DNA from: Candidatus Bathyarchaeota archaeon
Lineage (GTDB): Archaea; Thermoproteota; Bathyarchaeia; Bathyarchaeales; DTEX01
DNA: 64,000 bases
Assembly: GCA_018396655.1 (NCBI GenBank)
Contig: JAGTQF010000001.1
Span: 63,844-127,843 of the forward strand
Reading direction: 5' to 3'
Each line of letters starts with the position of its first letter. Position 1 is the first letter of the stretch. Under the pieces are notes generated by a model. The model searched no databases and was not told the DNA's origin. It was given only the letters and a program-made list of their open reading frames with translations. Of the stretch, positions 1 through 9,624 are shown piece by piece. Position numbers and translations under genes: made by a program.

Positions 1-49
1 TCCATAAAATCGTCTATACGCGTGCTGCCAGCCATCAATAACCCCATAA

Positions 50-490
50 TCACGCTATAGATGCGACAATAGCTTTATACTCCCAGTTGGGTGGAAGTAT
101 CCCCCTCTCCTTATAATACTCGGATAATCGGTGTATCTTAGACTCAACCAACTGAAGAGCTCTCTTATTATGCTTATCCTTCTTATTCTTCTGTAGATGC
201 GCCGCTATACGCGCAGCCTTCCTAAGAAGATTCTCTAAATCCTCAGGGATTTTGGGCGCTAAGCCATTCTCCCTCAATATCTCAGTTATACTCTTACCGA
301 CGATGGGCTTAACGAGCGGTATGCCATACTGGTCACGTAATATAACGCCTATTTTACTGGGGGGATTGCCCTCCCTAGCAAGCTTAATGACTAGAGCGAT
401 AACCTCATCTGGCGTATATTTACACCAGCTAGGCGGCCTCTTACCGACTGGTCTGGTCGAATGTGAGCGCCCTTTCTCCTTCTTCGGCAA
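50..490 (-). CDS. rps15: 30S ribosomal protein S15 (uS15, archaeal S15P/S13e type)
   Basis: 146-aa ORF. It has the N-terminal S13e-type extension (GRSHSTRP...PSWCKYTPDEV) and the C-terminal S15 helical bundle (LENLLRKAARIAAHLQKNKKDKHNKRALQLVESKIHRLSEYY). Confidence 0.9.
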   Translation of the reverse strand: MPKKEKGRSHSTRPVGKRPPSWCKYTPDEVIALVIKLAREGNPPSKIGVILRDQYGIPLVKPIVGKSITEILRENGLAPKIPEDLENLLRKAARIAAHLQKNKKDKHNKRALQLVESKIHRLSEYYKERGILPPNWEYKAIVASIA

Positions 491-608
491 GGCTTATCCT
501 CCAATAAACTTTTAAAAACAAAAGCAAACCCTTATTTAAAAGCTTTGTTCTGAATAGCCATAAATATTTTTGTGAGTAAAAAATAGAGAGTTGTTTGGGT
601 GGCTAGAG

Positions 609-1403
609 ATGACTGAGAAAATATTCTATCATGAGATGTCTTGGCCTGAAATTAAGAGTGCCATTGAGAAGGGGAAAATTCCTATCCTGCCAGTGGGTAG
701 CGTTGAGCAGCATGGTCCCCATTTACCCCTAATCACGGATGCATTTACGGCTTTTTCTATATGTGTTAGGGCTGCGGAGATTAGCGGCGACCTACTTGTT
801 ATGCCCCCAATATACTACGGTTATAGTACTCATCACATGGATTTTCCCGGAACAATCTCCATAAAAACGTTAAATTTTATGGGCTATATCTATGACGTCT
901 GCAGAAGCCTCGTCCATCATGGCTTCAGAAAAATAATAATTTTTAATGGACATGGTGGAAATGTAGCGCCGCTTCAGATAGTTGCCCGTAGAATATCTGA
1001 AGAAACCGATTCACTCTGCGCATTAATTTCATGGTGGAATCTGGCGAGGGAAGAGATAAGCAAATTAAGAGAGTCCGAGTTCCCTGGTGGAATGGCTCAT
1101 TCATGCGAGCTGGAGACTTCTGTCATGCTTAGTTTAAAGCCTGAATATGTTAGAATGGAGAAGGCTGTTAAAGATATAGGCTTTCCGAAATCCAATTTCA
1201 TTTGGCTTGACATCATGGGACAAAGCCCAGTATACCTAGTCGAGGGCTTCAGCAGATTTTCGAGAACTGGGATAGTAGGTGACCCAACTCTTGCAACAGC
1301 AGAGAAGGGCGAGAAAATATTGAGTGTTGTTGTGCAGAATCTGGTGAGGTTTGTAGCCGAGTTCAAAGCCAGAGAGGTTTGGCCGAGGGTTAATCACCAT
1401 TAA
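609..1403 (+). CDS. creatininase-family amidohydrolase
   Basis: The ORF track gives 591..1403 from a TTG; the first ATG is at 609 (MTEKIFYHEMSWPEI). Creatininase-fold landmarks are GSVEQHGPHLPLITD and FNGHGGN. The specific substrate cannot be told from the sequence. Confidence 0.75.
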   Translation: MTEKIFYHEMSWPEIKSAIEKGKIPILPVGSVEQHGPHLPLITDAFTAFSICVRAAEISGDLLVMPPIYYGYSTHHMDFPGTISIKTLNFMGYIYDVCRSLVHHGFRKIIIFNGHGGNVAPLQIVARRISEETDSLCALISWWNLAREEISKLRESEFPGGMAHSCELETSVMLSLKPEYVRMEKAVKDIGFPKSNFIWLDIMGQSPVYLVEGFSRFSRTGIVGDPTLATAEKGEKILSVVVQNLVRFVAEFKAREVWPRVNHH

Positions 1404-1491
1404 AATACTTAAGGTTGCTTTATTTGTGGTTAGGAAAGATTAAAAGCATCCTTGCACGATATTAGATATGAACCATTTATGGTTCTAGTGG

Positions 1492-2001
1492 TTGGAGATG
1501 TGGGACAAAATAGTGAAGTGTTTGGAGGGTTATCCAGAGAGACTCAATGTAGCAAAGATATTGATTAAGAATGGTTTGAGTGTTAGGGATGGAAAAATCT
1601 ATTGCGGTGATATAGTTATTCCAGTTGTTAGGATAAGCCGTGTTGCTGGCGTTGATAGGAGAACTGTAACACAAACAATAAAGATGATTGAAAGCAATCC
1701 AGAACTAAAACTCATCTTTAGTGGAATAAGTCCAGCCGGCCCTTCACTACGCGATGTAGCGAAATACCTAAACTTTGGAGTTGTCGAGATAACACCTGTT
1801 GATGCTAGAATGCCCGGCATACTGGCCGCAGCAGCCTCCTTAATAGCTCAGAAGAAAATAAGCATAAGGCAGGCGATAGTTGATGATCCGGAGCTCACAC
1901 CTGAACCCAAGCTTGTCTTAATAACTGAGACTAAGGTTCCGGGAGAGCTTATACCGGAGTTCCTAAAGATTAGAGGGGTCTCGAAGGTCTCAGTATATTA
2001 G
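1492..2001 (+). CDS. putative ACT-domain regulator of amino-acid metabolism (COG2150-like archaeal family)
   Basis: 169-aa ORF from TTG 1492, with an ATG at 1498. The pattern VAGVDRRTVTQTIKMIE...PGILAAAASLIAQKKISIRQAIVDDPE matches, from memory, the small archaeal HTH-plus-ACT family. Confidence 0.55.
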   Translation: MEMWDKIVKCLEGYPERLNVAKILIKNGLSVRDGKIYCGDIVIPVVRISRVAGVDRRTVTQTIKMIESNPELKLIFSGISPAGPSLRDVAKYLNFGVVEITPVDARMPGILAAAASLIAQKKISIRQAIVDDPELTPEPKLVLITETKVPGELIPEFLKIRGVSKVSVY

Positions 2002-2037
2002 GCTTAAGCCGAAACTGGAAGGGAAGGGTCTCCTAAG

Positions 2038-2694
2038 GTGTTCGACATACTGGGGATTGTAGCAGCATCCTTTATGACAGCGCTATATGGGGCTATAGTT
2101 CCTGGACCGGTCTTCGCACTAGTGGTTTCGGAATCTTTAAAGGGCGGTAAGATAGCTGGTCCCATAATAGTCCTAGGGCATTTCATAGTAGAGTGGATTA
2201 TCATTTCCGCTATCTTCCTTGGCGCTGGCCCCATACTAAGCTCTGAAGAAGCTAAGATTGTTGTGGGTTATGTTGGCGGCATCATACTTGGGCTTATAGG
2301 CTTGAAGATACTTAGGGATTCTTTGCATATCAAAATCATTGATGTCTCCTCCCCCGGCGTCAGCTCAGAAAAGGCGGGGGTTTTCTTACGCAGCCTGATT
2401 TTATCCGGTTTTATTGCTAGTTGCTCAAACCCATACTTCTTTCTATGGTGGTTGACTACCGGGTTATTTTTGATAATGAATTCTTTCTCAATGGCCGGGA
2501 TTCTAGGTTTTATACTGTTTTTGATTGGGCATATGGCTGCGGACCTTTCGTGGTTTACTCTAGTAAGCTATTCTGTCCATAGGGGTAGAAGAGTAGTAAG
2601 TGAGAGAGTTATTCGAGCGATACTCTTGGCAAGCGCCATCTTCCTTACAGCGTTCGCAGCCTACATAATGCTTTCAGTTTGGATTGGAATCTGA
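2038..2694 (+). CDS. LysE/RhtB-family exporter (membrane)
   Basis: 218-aa polytopic membrane protein with about 6 hydrophobic spans. It carries the N-terminal PGP motif (IVPGPVFALV) and SNPYFFLWW, both typical of LysE-type translocators. Confidence 0.7.
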   Translation: MFDILGIVAASFMTALYGAIVPGPVFALVVSESLKGGKIAGPIIVLGHFIVEWIIISAIFLGAGPILSSEEAKIVVGYVGGIILGLIGLKILRDSLHIKIIDVSSPGVSSEKAGVFLRSLILSGFIASCSNPYFFLWWLTTGLFLIMNSFSMAGILGFILFLIGHMAADLSWFTLVSYSVHRGRRVVSERVIRAILLASAIFLTAFAAYIMLSVWIGI

Positions 2695-2709
2695 TATGCC
2701 AATCAATAT

Positions 2710-5703
2710 ATGGCTGTTTTCCCAAGCAAAACACTTTTACATAGGCTATTCCTTTATTCTCTGAATCTCATTGAGCAGCGTGGCTGGCGAGAGTTGGCGG
2801 CTGAGGAAACGCAGCAAATACATGCTCATGCTATAGAGAGAAATGTATTCGATTTGCTAGCCCGCCCCATACGTAAACTTATTGAAGAGAAGGGCTTCAA
2901 ATCCCCAACTGAGCCACAGTCAAAAGTTATACCCTTAATTCTTGAGGGAAAGAATGTTTTATTAATATCGCCAACAGCAAGTGGTAAGACTGAGGCTGCA
3001 ATACTCCCAATATTAAATATGCTCATTCAGATGCCGAAGAGGGAGCCGGGAATAAAAGTTCTATATATCACGCCTCTGAGGGCTTTAAACCGCGACATGC
3101 TTGAGCGTCTAGAATGGTGGTGCAATAATCTAGACATTAGGTTGGCTGTTAGGCACGGTGATACAGACGCAAATGAGCGCTCGAAGCAAGCTAGGAGCCC
3201 ACCGGACATGCTCATAACAACGCCGGAAACCCTCCAGTCTATATTGTCCGGTTGGATTATGCGCCGCCACCTCCAGCCCATAAGATGGGTTGTTGTTGAT
3301 GAAGTTCATGAGCTGGCTGATAGTAAGCGTGGAAGCCAACTGGCCCTTGCCCTTGAGAGGCTTAGGGCTATAACCGTAAAAGACTTCCAAATAATTGGGC
3401 TATCAGCAACTATTGGCACACCAGAGAGGGTTGCGCAGTTTCTCGTTGGGAATAATAGACCGATTGAGATAGTCCGCGTGCCAGTTGCCAGGTTAATGAG
3501 GCTTCAGATACTTTATCCTAAACCTGAACCACAAGATTATGAGCTCGCTTCAATGTTATTCACGCATCCGGAGGTCGCGGCTAGGCTCCGCATAATGCGC
3601 CAGCTAATTGAGAAGCATAATTCGGTCCTGTTATTCACGAATACTCGAACAATCTCAGAAATTCTGGCGAGCAGATTCAAAATATGGGATGTAAACTTCC
3701 CAGTCTCAATCCATCATGGTTCATTGGCCAAACCATCTAGAATTGCGGCTGAGAAGGGCTTGAAAGAGGGTGAACTGCGTGGTTTAGTCTGCACAAGCAG
3801 CCTTGAGCTGGGGATAGATGTTGGCAGAATAGACCTAGTTATACAGTATATGAGTCCAAGGCAGGTTACGCGCCTAATACAGCGTGTTGGCAGAAGCGGT
3901 CATAGGATTGGGCGCATGGCAAATGGCATAATCATAACGATGGATTCAGATGACACGCTGGAGGCCATGGTTATTGGCAGAAAAGCCTATAGGGAGGAGC
4001 TTGAACCCGTCGATATACCCGAGAAACCATTTGATGTTTTAGCCCATCAGATAGCAGCATTCCTGCTAAAGAGAAAACGCTTGGAATTCAATGAAATATA
4101 TGAGGTTTACAGCAAAGCATATCCCTACAGGGACTTAACAATGGATGATATAAAGCGGATTCTAGAGTATATGCATAATCGCTTCCCGAGACTTGCATGG
4201 GTCTCATTTGAGGATGGAGTTGTCCTAAAGCCTCGTAGAACAAAAGCCCTATTTGAATACTTCTTTGAGAACCTATCAATGATACCGGATGAAAAACACT
4301 ATCTTGTCATAGATAAGGATACAGATACAGCCGTTGGACTACTTGACGAGGCATTCGTGGCAGAATATGGTAAGCCAGGTGTTAAATTCATAATTCGTGG
4401 GAGCCCATGGAAAATAGTGAATGTGGACGCTGACAAAATCTATGTGAAGTCCGTTAATGACCCAACGGGTGCAATCCCAAGCTGGGTTGGCGAGGAGATT
4501 CCGGTGCCATTTGAGGTTGCGCAGGAAGTTGGTCAGATAAGGGGTTTTGTGGAAGAGCGGTTAAAGGTTGGTCTCAGCCCAGATGAGATAGCCGAAGAGC
4601 TATCGACCAAGTATCCCGCCGACAAGAAGACGATTTTAGACGCCATAGCAGAGACTGTTGAGCACGTTAAGATGGGTTATCCGGTTCCAACAGACAAGCG
4701 TATAATCGTTGAGGAGTGGGAGGACTTCATCATTTTACAGTGCAACTTCGGCTCCCTAACTAATAGGGCTTTAGCGCAGATACTAGGCCATATAGTATCT
4801 GAGATAACCGGATACTCAATCGTAGTCCAGCACGACCCATATAGAATTTTCATCCAAACGATGGGTGAAGTTAAGCCTGAAACCATCATAAATATACTTT
4901 CAGACCTCAAAAACTCAAGTGAAGAATTAATTAAAGAAACTTTGACGAGAGCCGTCATTAAAACTGGTATATTTAAGAGGCGTCTGATACATGTTGCCAG
5001 AAGATTTGGCGCAATACAGAAGTGGGTTGACTTTGAGAGCGTAAGCCTAAGAAATCTAATTAAGAGTTTCGAGGACACCATAATATATGATGAGGCTCTA
5101 AAAGAGGTCTTCACAAAAGACCTAGACCTCAAAAACTTAATTAATGTTCTGGATATGATGAGGCGGGGTGAGATAGAGGTCGTTAAGGTTGAGACTGGCG
5201 GTGAGGCAACGCCGATAGCTCGTGTTGGAATAGAGCGCGTGAGCATGAAGACGGACTTAATACCACCCGAGAAAATGCGTAGAATATTAATAGAGTCCGC
5301 AAAAGCTAGATTGCTTGGTGAGACGAGAACATTTGTCTGCACAGAATGTTGGGATTACATAGAGATGATAACCCTTAAAGACTTACCGGACAAGCCCTTA
5401 TGTCCAAAGTGCGGCTCACCGAAGCTTGGGATGCTTAATGTTGAGGAGGAAGAGGCTTATCCGTTGATAGAGAAGAAGGGTGAGAAGCTAACTAAAAGTG
5501 AAGAATACCTTAAGGATGAAGCTATTGAAACAGCGAAGATAATCTCAAAATATGGTAAGGCGGCAGCCATAGCACTATCTGGCAAGAGGCTTAGGTTAAG
5601 TGATGTCAGAGAAATACTCTTGAAGGAGAGTATGCTGACGGATAAATTCTTTGAGATGATAATTGAAGCTGAGCGTGAGGCGCTAAAACGCAGGTTCTGG
5701 TAG
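2710..5703 (+). CDS. lhr: Lhr-like large superfamily-2 ATP-dependent helicase
   Basis: 997 aa. Motifs present: Walker A PTASGKTEAA, DEVH box (VVVDEVHEL), SAT (LSATIG) and motif VI QRVGRSGHR. A long Lhr-type C-terminal region ends in a CxxC...CPKC zinc ribbon. Confidence 0.85.
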   Translation: MAVFPSKTLLHRLFLYSLNLIEQRGWRELAAEETQQIHAHAIERNVFDLLARPIRKLIEEKGFKSPTEPQSKVIPLILEGKNVLLISPTASGKTEAAILPILNMLIQMPKREPGIKVLYITPLRALNRDMLERLEWWCNNLDIRLAVRHGDTDANERSKQARSPPDMLITTPETLQSILSGWIMRRHLQPIRWVVVDEVHELADSKRGSQLALALERLRAITVKDFQIIGLSATIGTPERVAQFLVGNNRPIEIVRVPVARLMRLQILYPKPEPQDYELASMLFTHPEVAARLRIMRQLIEKHNSVLLFTNTRTISEILASRFKIWDVNFPVSIHHGSLAKPSRIAAEKGLKEGELRGLVCTSSLELGIDVGRIDLVIQYMSPRQVTRLIQRVGRSGHRIGRMANGIIITMDSDDTLEAMVIGRKAYREELEPVDIPEKPFDVLAHQIAAFLLKRKRLEFNEIYEVYSKAYPYRDLTMDDIKRILEYMHNRFPRLAWVSFEDGVVLKPRRTKALFEYFFENLSMIPDEKHYLVIDKDTDTAVGLLDEAFVAEYGKPGVKFIIRGSPWKIVNVDADKIYVKSVNDPTGAIPSWVGEEIPVPFEVAQEVGQIRGFVEERLKVGLSPDEIAEELSTKYPADKKTILDAIAETVEHVKMGYPVPTDKRIIVEEWEDFIILQCNFGSLTNRALAQILGHIVSEITGYSIVVQHDPYRIFIQTMGEVKPETIINILSDLKNSSEELIKETLTRAVIKTGIFKRRLIHVARRFGAIQKWVDFESVSLRNLIKSFEDTIIYDEALKEVFTKDLDLKNLINVLDMMRRGEIEVVKVETGGEATPIARVGIERVSMKTDLIPPEKMRRILIESAKARLLGETRTFVCTECWDYIEMITLKDLPDKPLCPKCGSPKLGMLNVEEEEAYPLIEKKGEKLTKSEEYLKDEAIETAKIISKYGKAAAIALSGKRLRLSDVREILLKESMLTDKFFEMIIEAEREALKRRFW

Positions 5704-5800
5704 GAAGCGGGCTGCCAACATCAGCTCATAAAAGTGTAGCGTAAGGTAAAAATAACCCTTTAACAATTAAAACTGAAAATGAAAATAGAGGTGGAATCGA

Positions 5801-6274
5801 TTGTTTATATCCCCCTTCGTTGCATCCCCTATATCAGTTATAAGAAGACTTCTAACAATGGCGGAGCTAAAACCCGGTGAAATATTTGTTGATTTAGGGG
5901 CTGGGGACGGTGGGCCAGTAATAATAGCTGCTAAAGAATTTGGTGCATATGCGATTGGCATAGAGCTGAGAGAGGACCTAGCCAAACAAGCGATGAGAAG
6001 GGTTATTGAGCTGGGCTTACAGGATAGAGTTAAAATAATACATGACGACCTCTTTAACGTCAATATAAGTATGGCGGACGTCGTCTATTTATATCTGACA
6101 ACAAGCGCGAATGAGAAGGTTAGACCTAAACTTGAGGCTGAGCTAAAGAAGGGTGCAAGAGTTGTATCCCATGATTACGAAATAATAGGTTGGAAGCCGG
6201 TTAAAGTTGAGCGCTTCAGCGAAAACTCCTACCTGGGCTCCCCAACCCACACCTTATACCTGTATAAAAGATAA
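5801..6274 (+). CDS. small class I SAM-dependent methyltransferase
   Basis: The SAM-binding motif I is VDLGAGDGGPVIIAAKEFGAYAIGIE. The conserved N-terminal segment FVASPISVIRRLLTMAELKPGE requires the TTG start at 5801, which is preceded by GAGGTGG at 5787-5793. Confidence 0.7.
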   Translation: MFISPFVASPISVIRRLLTMAELKPGEIFVDLGAGDGGPVIIAAKEFGAYAIGIELREDLAKQAMRRVIELGLQDRVKIIHDDLFNVNISMADVVYLYLTTSANEKVRPKLEAELKKGARVVSHDYEIIGWKPVKVERFSENSYLGSPTHTLYLYKR

Positions 6275-6348
6275 GAAGTTAAATCGCCGCATAAAAAATC
6301 AAGTTTATTAATATGTTTATTTCATTTTCTCCAGAGGATTAGAAGGGG

Positions 6349-6897
6349 TTGGGGAAAGCATCTATGGTTTTCATACCATGGAGCTACGTGAACTTGTGGC
6401 GCTGTAATGGATGCGGAATATGCTGCAAAGAATTTGAGGTAGTTTTAACCTTTAATGAGTGGTTATATATAACGAAAAAGTACGGCGTCGGCGTTACTAA
6501 AACTGGACTAAACAAGTTTTTTATGGGCAAGAGAGCGGATGGCTCATGCGTCTTTCTCTATCCAGCCCCAGATGGAAAATGGTTATGCGGACTACAAAAC
6601 AATAAGCCTTTAGCATGTAAACTCTGGCCCTTCAAAATCCTTAATAAACCAACATATAGCGAGGCGAAAGAGGCGCTATTCGAGTATAATGGGCAAAAAT
6701 TTTACGTGTATGTTGACCAGTTCTGTCCGGGAATAAGGTTCGGTCTACCCTCAGCTGAACTAGTTTATAAAATTATACCAGAGTTTATAGAAATAGCGCT
6801 AGGGATTAGGCAGAAGCAGGTGTATTCAACAATGCGGGCGTCACCGAATTTTTATATAATAAAAATGGGGAGAAATTGGGCTCATAGGCTTATTTAG
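6349..6897 (+). CDS. YkgJ/UPF0153-family cysteine-cluster protein
   Basis: The CxxCGxCC signature (CNGCGICC) sits near the N-terminus, with additional Cys residues downstream. The start is TTG 6349 or ATG 6364. Confidence 0.6.
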   Translation: MGKASMVFIPWSYVNLWRCNGCGICCKEFEVVLTFNEWLYITKKYGVGVTKTGLNKFFMGKRADGSCVFLYPAPDGKWLCGLQNNKPLACKLWPFKILNKPTYSEAKEALFEYNGQKFYVYVDQFCPGIRFGLPSAELVYKIIPEFIEIALGIRQKQVYSTMRASPNFYIIKMGRNWAHRLI

Positions 6898-6915
6898 AAC
6901 TCTTTTCTATCCCAG

Positions 6916-9210
6916 CTACTGAACAATCACGTCGGTGAAGAGTTTTCGTCTCAAACCTGATATAACCCTCACTCCACCTGTAACCTCAAATCTCCCGGTT
7001 AATCTTATATCCTCGGATGAGCTGCCAACCATAACCTCATAGACGCCGGGCTCAACGATAAGTCTCATATGCCGGTCGTAGAAGGCCAATTGGTCCATTG
7101 AGAGTATAAACGTAATTCTCTTTTTCTCACTCGGCTCGAGGGTTATCCTCTTAAAGCCCTTAAGCTCCTTAACGGGTCTGGAGACTGAGGCGATTGGATC
7201 GTGGATGTACAATTGTGCTACTTCATCACCCTTAAATTTACCAATATTCTTCAGGTCGAAGCTTATATTGACTTTACCGGCTGGACCAACTTTTTCCGGT
7301 TCTATCTTAAGTGATGAGTATTCGAATTGGGTGTAGCTTAATCCATGCCCAAATGGGAATAGGGGCTTAGCGCTCATGAAGACATAATCTCTAAATGATG
7401 AGGCTCTTCTGCTATAGTAGACTGGTATTTGTCCGGCATCCTGCGGAACACTTATTGGAAGCTTGCCGCCCGGGTTATAATCCCCAAAGAGAACATCAGC
7501 CACAGCATTTCCACCCTCCTCACCTGGGAACCAAGCCTCGACAATCGCCGAAACCCTCTCAGCAGCCCACCTAACCGCCATAGGTCTACCATTCACGAGG
7601 ACAAGTATTAGCGGCTTACCCAGCTCCCAAAGCGCCTTAAGAAGCTCCTCCTGAAAGCCGGGTAGGGATAGGCTGTTTTGGTCCCTTCCCTCACCGGTTA
7701 CAGCTGGCAATCTGAACATTCCAGACCTCTCACCCATAACAGCTATGATGACGTCTGCCTTTGATGCTGCCTCTAGAGCCTCCTTAAATCCCTCCTTCGA
7801 CGGTTCATATATATCACAGCCCCTAGCAAAGTATACTTCGGTTTGCGGCGAAACCTTACTTCTTATCGCCTCAAGTATGCTGACTATTCTGACAGCATCA
7901 ACCTTGCAGTTTAAGTGCACTGTGTAACTGTAGTCGCCCAAAAGCCCTCTAGTAGTATCAGCATTGGGACCTATGACCGCTATCGCCCTCAAATCCTTCT
8001 TCAATGGCAGGACTCCATCATTCTTGAGAAGAATTATCGATTCCTTTGCTGCTCTAAGAGCTAAGGCCCTATCCTCTGGTCTATCGAAGGCCTCCACAGC
8101 TTCCTCAACCTTAACGTAGGGATTATCGAAGAGCCCAAGAAGGAATTTAACTCTTAAAACTCTTGAGACAGCCTCATCAATGAGAGTCTCTGATATGATG
8201 CCCTCTCTAACAGCCTTAAGCAATGGCTCACCATAACATTTAACCCTGGGCAATTCAATATCTATCCCAGCCTCTAGGGCTTGAACAGCAGCCTCCATAT
8301 CATCAGCCGCAACGTGATGGAAGGTCTTAAGCATCTCTATAGCGCCGTAATCCGATACAACATAGCCCTTAAAACCCCATCTAAATCTCAGAATCTCAGT
8401 CAGAAGATCCTTGGAGGCGGCGCATGGGACCCCATCTATATCATGATAAGCATTCATCAATGAGTAGGCTTCAGCCTCCCTAATAGCAGCCTCAAATGGG
8501 AATAAAAAGACCTCCATGAGCTCTCTGGGCGAGACATGAACGGGTGCACAGTTTCTACCGCCCTCCGGAAATCCATGAGCAACAAAATGCTTGGGTGTAG
8601 CAACAACACCAGAAGATAAACTCTCACCCTGAAGGCCTCTAATATATGCCACACCTATGCTGGCAACCAAATATTGGTCTTCACCTAGAGTCTCCTCAGT
8701 CCTGCCCCACCTAGGGTCTCTAGCAACGTCCAAAACCGGTGCAAGCCCCTGATGGGCGCCAATAGCCCTCATCTGCCTTCTAATAACGCTCGTAATGCTC
8801 TGGACCAAATCCGGATTCCATGTGCTCGCCAATCCAATCGCCTGCGGAAACGTCGTTGCACCATAAGCCATTAAACCGCTCAAGCATTCCTCATGGATTA
8901 TCGCTGGTATGCCAAGTCTCGTTTCCTCAACCAGAAACCTTTGGATATCATTTGCTATCTCAGCTACCCTAGACGGCTCTCTAGGACTCTCTGGGGCCTC
9001 GGGCTCCAGAAGCCTTCCAGCTAAACGTGTAATCTGCCCGATTCCCATACCAATCAACTTAGAGGCTTTATCGTGAGAGAACTTGCCATTCTCCAGAAGA
9101 TCTGATGCTGGAATGGAGCCTAACTGCGCAATCTTCTCTTCAATGCTCATCTTTCTAACTAAATCCCTAACCCTATCCTCTAAGGTGCCCATATCCATAA
9201 GAATCCCCAA
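6916..9210 (-). CDS. glycoside hydrolase family 3 beta-glucosidase-like enzyme
   Basis: 764 aa. GH3 landmarks are LDVARDPRWGRTEETLGEDQYL, KHFVAHG and GYVVSDYGA (nucleophile Asp context), followed by the C-terminal alpha/beta and FnIII-like domains. No signal peptide is visible. Confidence 0.9.
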   Translation of the reverse strand: MGILMDMGTLEDRVRDLVRKMSIEEKIAQLGSIPASDLLENGKFSHDKASKLIGMGIGQITRLAGRLLEPEAPESPREPSRVAEIANDIQRFLVEETRLGIPAIIHEECLSGLMAYGATTFPQAIGLASTWNPDLVQSITSVIRRQMRAIGAHQGLAPVLDVARDPRWGRTEETLGEDQYLVASIGVAYIRGLQGESLSSGVVATPKHFVAHGFPEGGRNCAPVHVSPRELMEVFLFPFEAAIREAEAYSLMNAYHDIDGVPCAASKDLLTEILRFRWGFKGYVVSDYGAIEMLKTFHHVAADDMEAAVQALEAGIDIELPRVKCYGEPLLKAVREGIISETLIDEAVSRVLRVKFLLGLFDNPYVKVEEAVEAFDRPEDRALALRAAKESIILLKNDGVLPLKKDLRAIAVIGPNADTTRGLLGDYSYTVHLNCKVDAVRIVSILEAIRSKVSPQTEVYFARGCDIYEPSKEGFKEALEAASKADVIIAVMGERSGMFRLPAVTGEGRDQNSLSLPGFQEELLKALWELGKPLILVLVNGRPMAVRWAAERVSAIVEAWFPGEEGGNAVADVLFGDYNPGGKLPISVPQDAGQIPVYYSRRASSFRDYVFMSAKPLFPFGHGLSYTQFEYSSLKIEPEKVGPAGKVNISFDLKNIGKFKGDEVAQLYIHDPIASVSRPVKELKGFKRITLEPSEKKRITFILSMDQLAFYDRHMRLIVEPGVYEVMVGSSSEDIRLTGRFEVTGGVRVISGLRRKLFTDVIVQ

Positions 9211-9367
9211 TCAAAAGAGAAACCTTACCATATAAAAGACTATTGAAAAAGAAGGTGGAAACATAAACTTTATAATTAAAGGAAGCGCAAAAATAATTGG
9301 CTAAAGGGAGGAGCAAAGAGAGAAAAGAGGGCCGGTCGTCTAGCTTGGTTAGGACGTCTGCCTGACG

Positions 9368-9384
9368 GACAAAAATCCAGGAGG
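9368..9384 (+). other. putative tRNA intron 1 (17 nt, canonical 37/38 position, relaxed BHB)
   Basis: This excision is needed to produce the 7-nt loop CTGACGC. Only a relaxed bulge-helix structure is visible (CCT/AGG and GGA/TCC helices). The boundary could shift by 1 nt and give the same product. Confidence 0.5.
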
Positions 9385-9391
9385 CGCAGAA

Positions 9392-9417
9392 AAAACCTCA
9401 GAAGAAGGTTTCTGCAG
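9392..9417 (+). other. putative tRNA intron 2 (26 nt, variable region about 44/45, canonical bulge-helix-bulge)
   Basis: A 4-bp helix GCAG(9386-9389)/CTGC(9412-9415) is flanked by the 3-nt bulges AAA (9390-9392) and AGG (9416-9418). The inner helix is AAACCT/AGGTTT with loop CAGAAGA. Confidence 0.6.
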
Positions 9418-9624
9418 GGTCGCCGGTTCAAGTCCGGCCCGGCCCACCACCCTATACTTGCCATCAGCATCGGCTAAAGTACTAAATGTATAAGCAGTGC
9501 CCCCAAAGGTTCTATTAAAATTTCCGTGTCCAGTCTCATTTTATTCAATTTTGTGACCAGTGGCCTTCATGCCTTCTGTTTAATTTTTATGACCTAAGCT
9601 TTAGCAGCCTTTTGAAAGAACTGC

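Larger units (their letters stand above)
9329..9449 (+). tRNA. tRNA-Val (anticodon GAC) interrupted by two putative introns, with CCA encoded
   Basis: Manual fold: acceptor GGGCCGG/CCGGCCC, D arm GTCT-AGCTTGGTTA-GGAC, T arm GCCGG-TTCAAGT-CCGGC. After removing 9368-9384 and 9392-9417, the anticodon arm is TCTGC-CTGACGC-GCAGA and the variable loop is AGGTC. Confidence 0.8.

Noticed and set aside
4677-5342. 221-aa ORF antisense to the Lhr helicase, and the similar antisense ORFs at 2826-3390 and 4088-4279.
   Set aside because: They lie entirely inside a well-supported helicase gene. Their translations are Ser/Leu/Ile-rich low-complexity sequence with no motifs.
9329-9449. Single-intron model for the tRNA, with one intron of about 45 nt at 37/38.
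   Set aside because: It leaves a 3-nt variable loop and a T-G terminal pair, and the predicted 3' splice site lacks the 4-bp central helix. The two-intron model gives a perfect cloverleaf and a canonical BHB for the second intron.
9276-9470. 64-aa reverse-strand ORF (MLMASIGWWAGPDLNRRPCRN...) overlapping the tRNA-Val gene. I briefly considered it as an SSV-type split integrase N-fragment.
   Set aside because: It is the antisense of a GC-rich tRNA, and its Arg/Pro/Gly-rich low-complexity translation is what that produces. It has no integrase motif, and I found no matching C-terminal fragment or att repeat.
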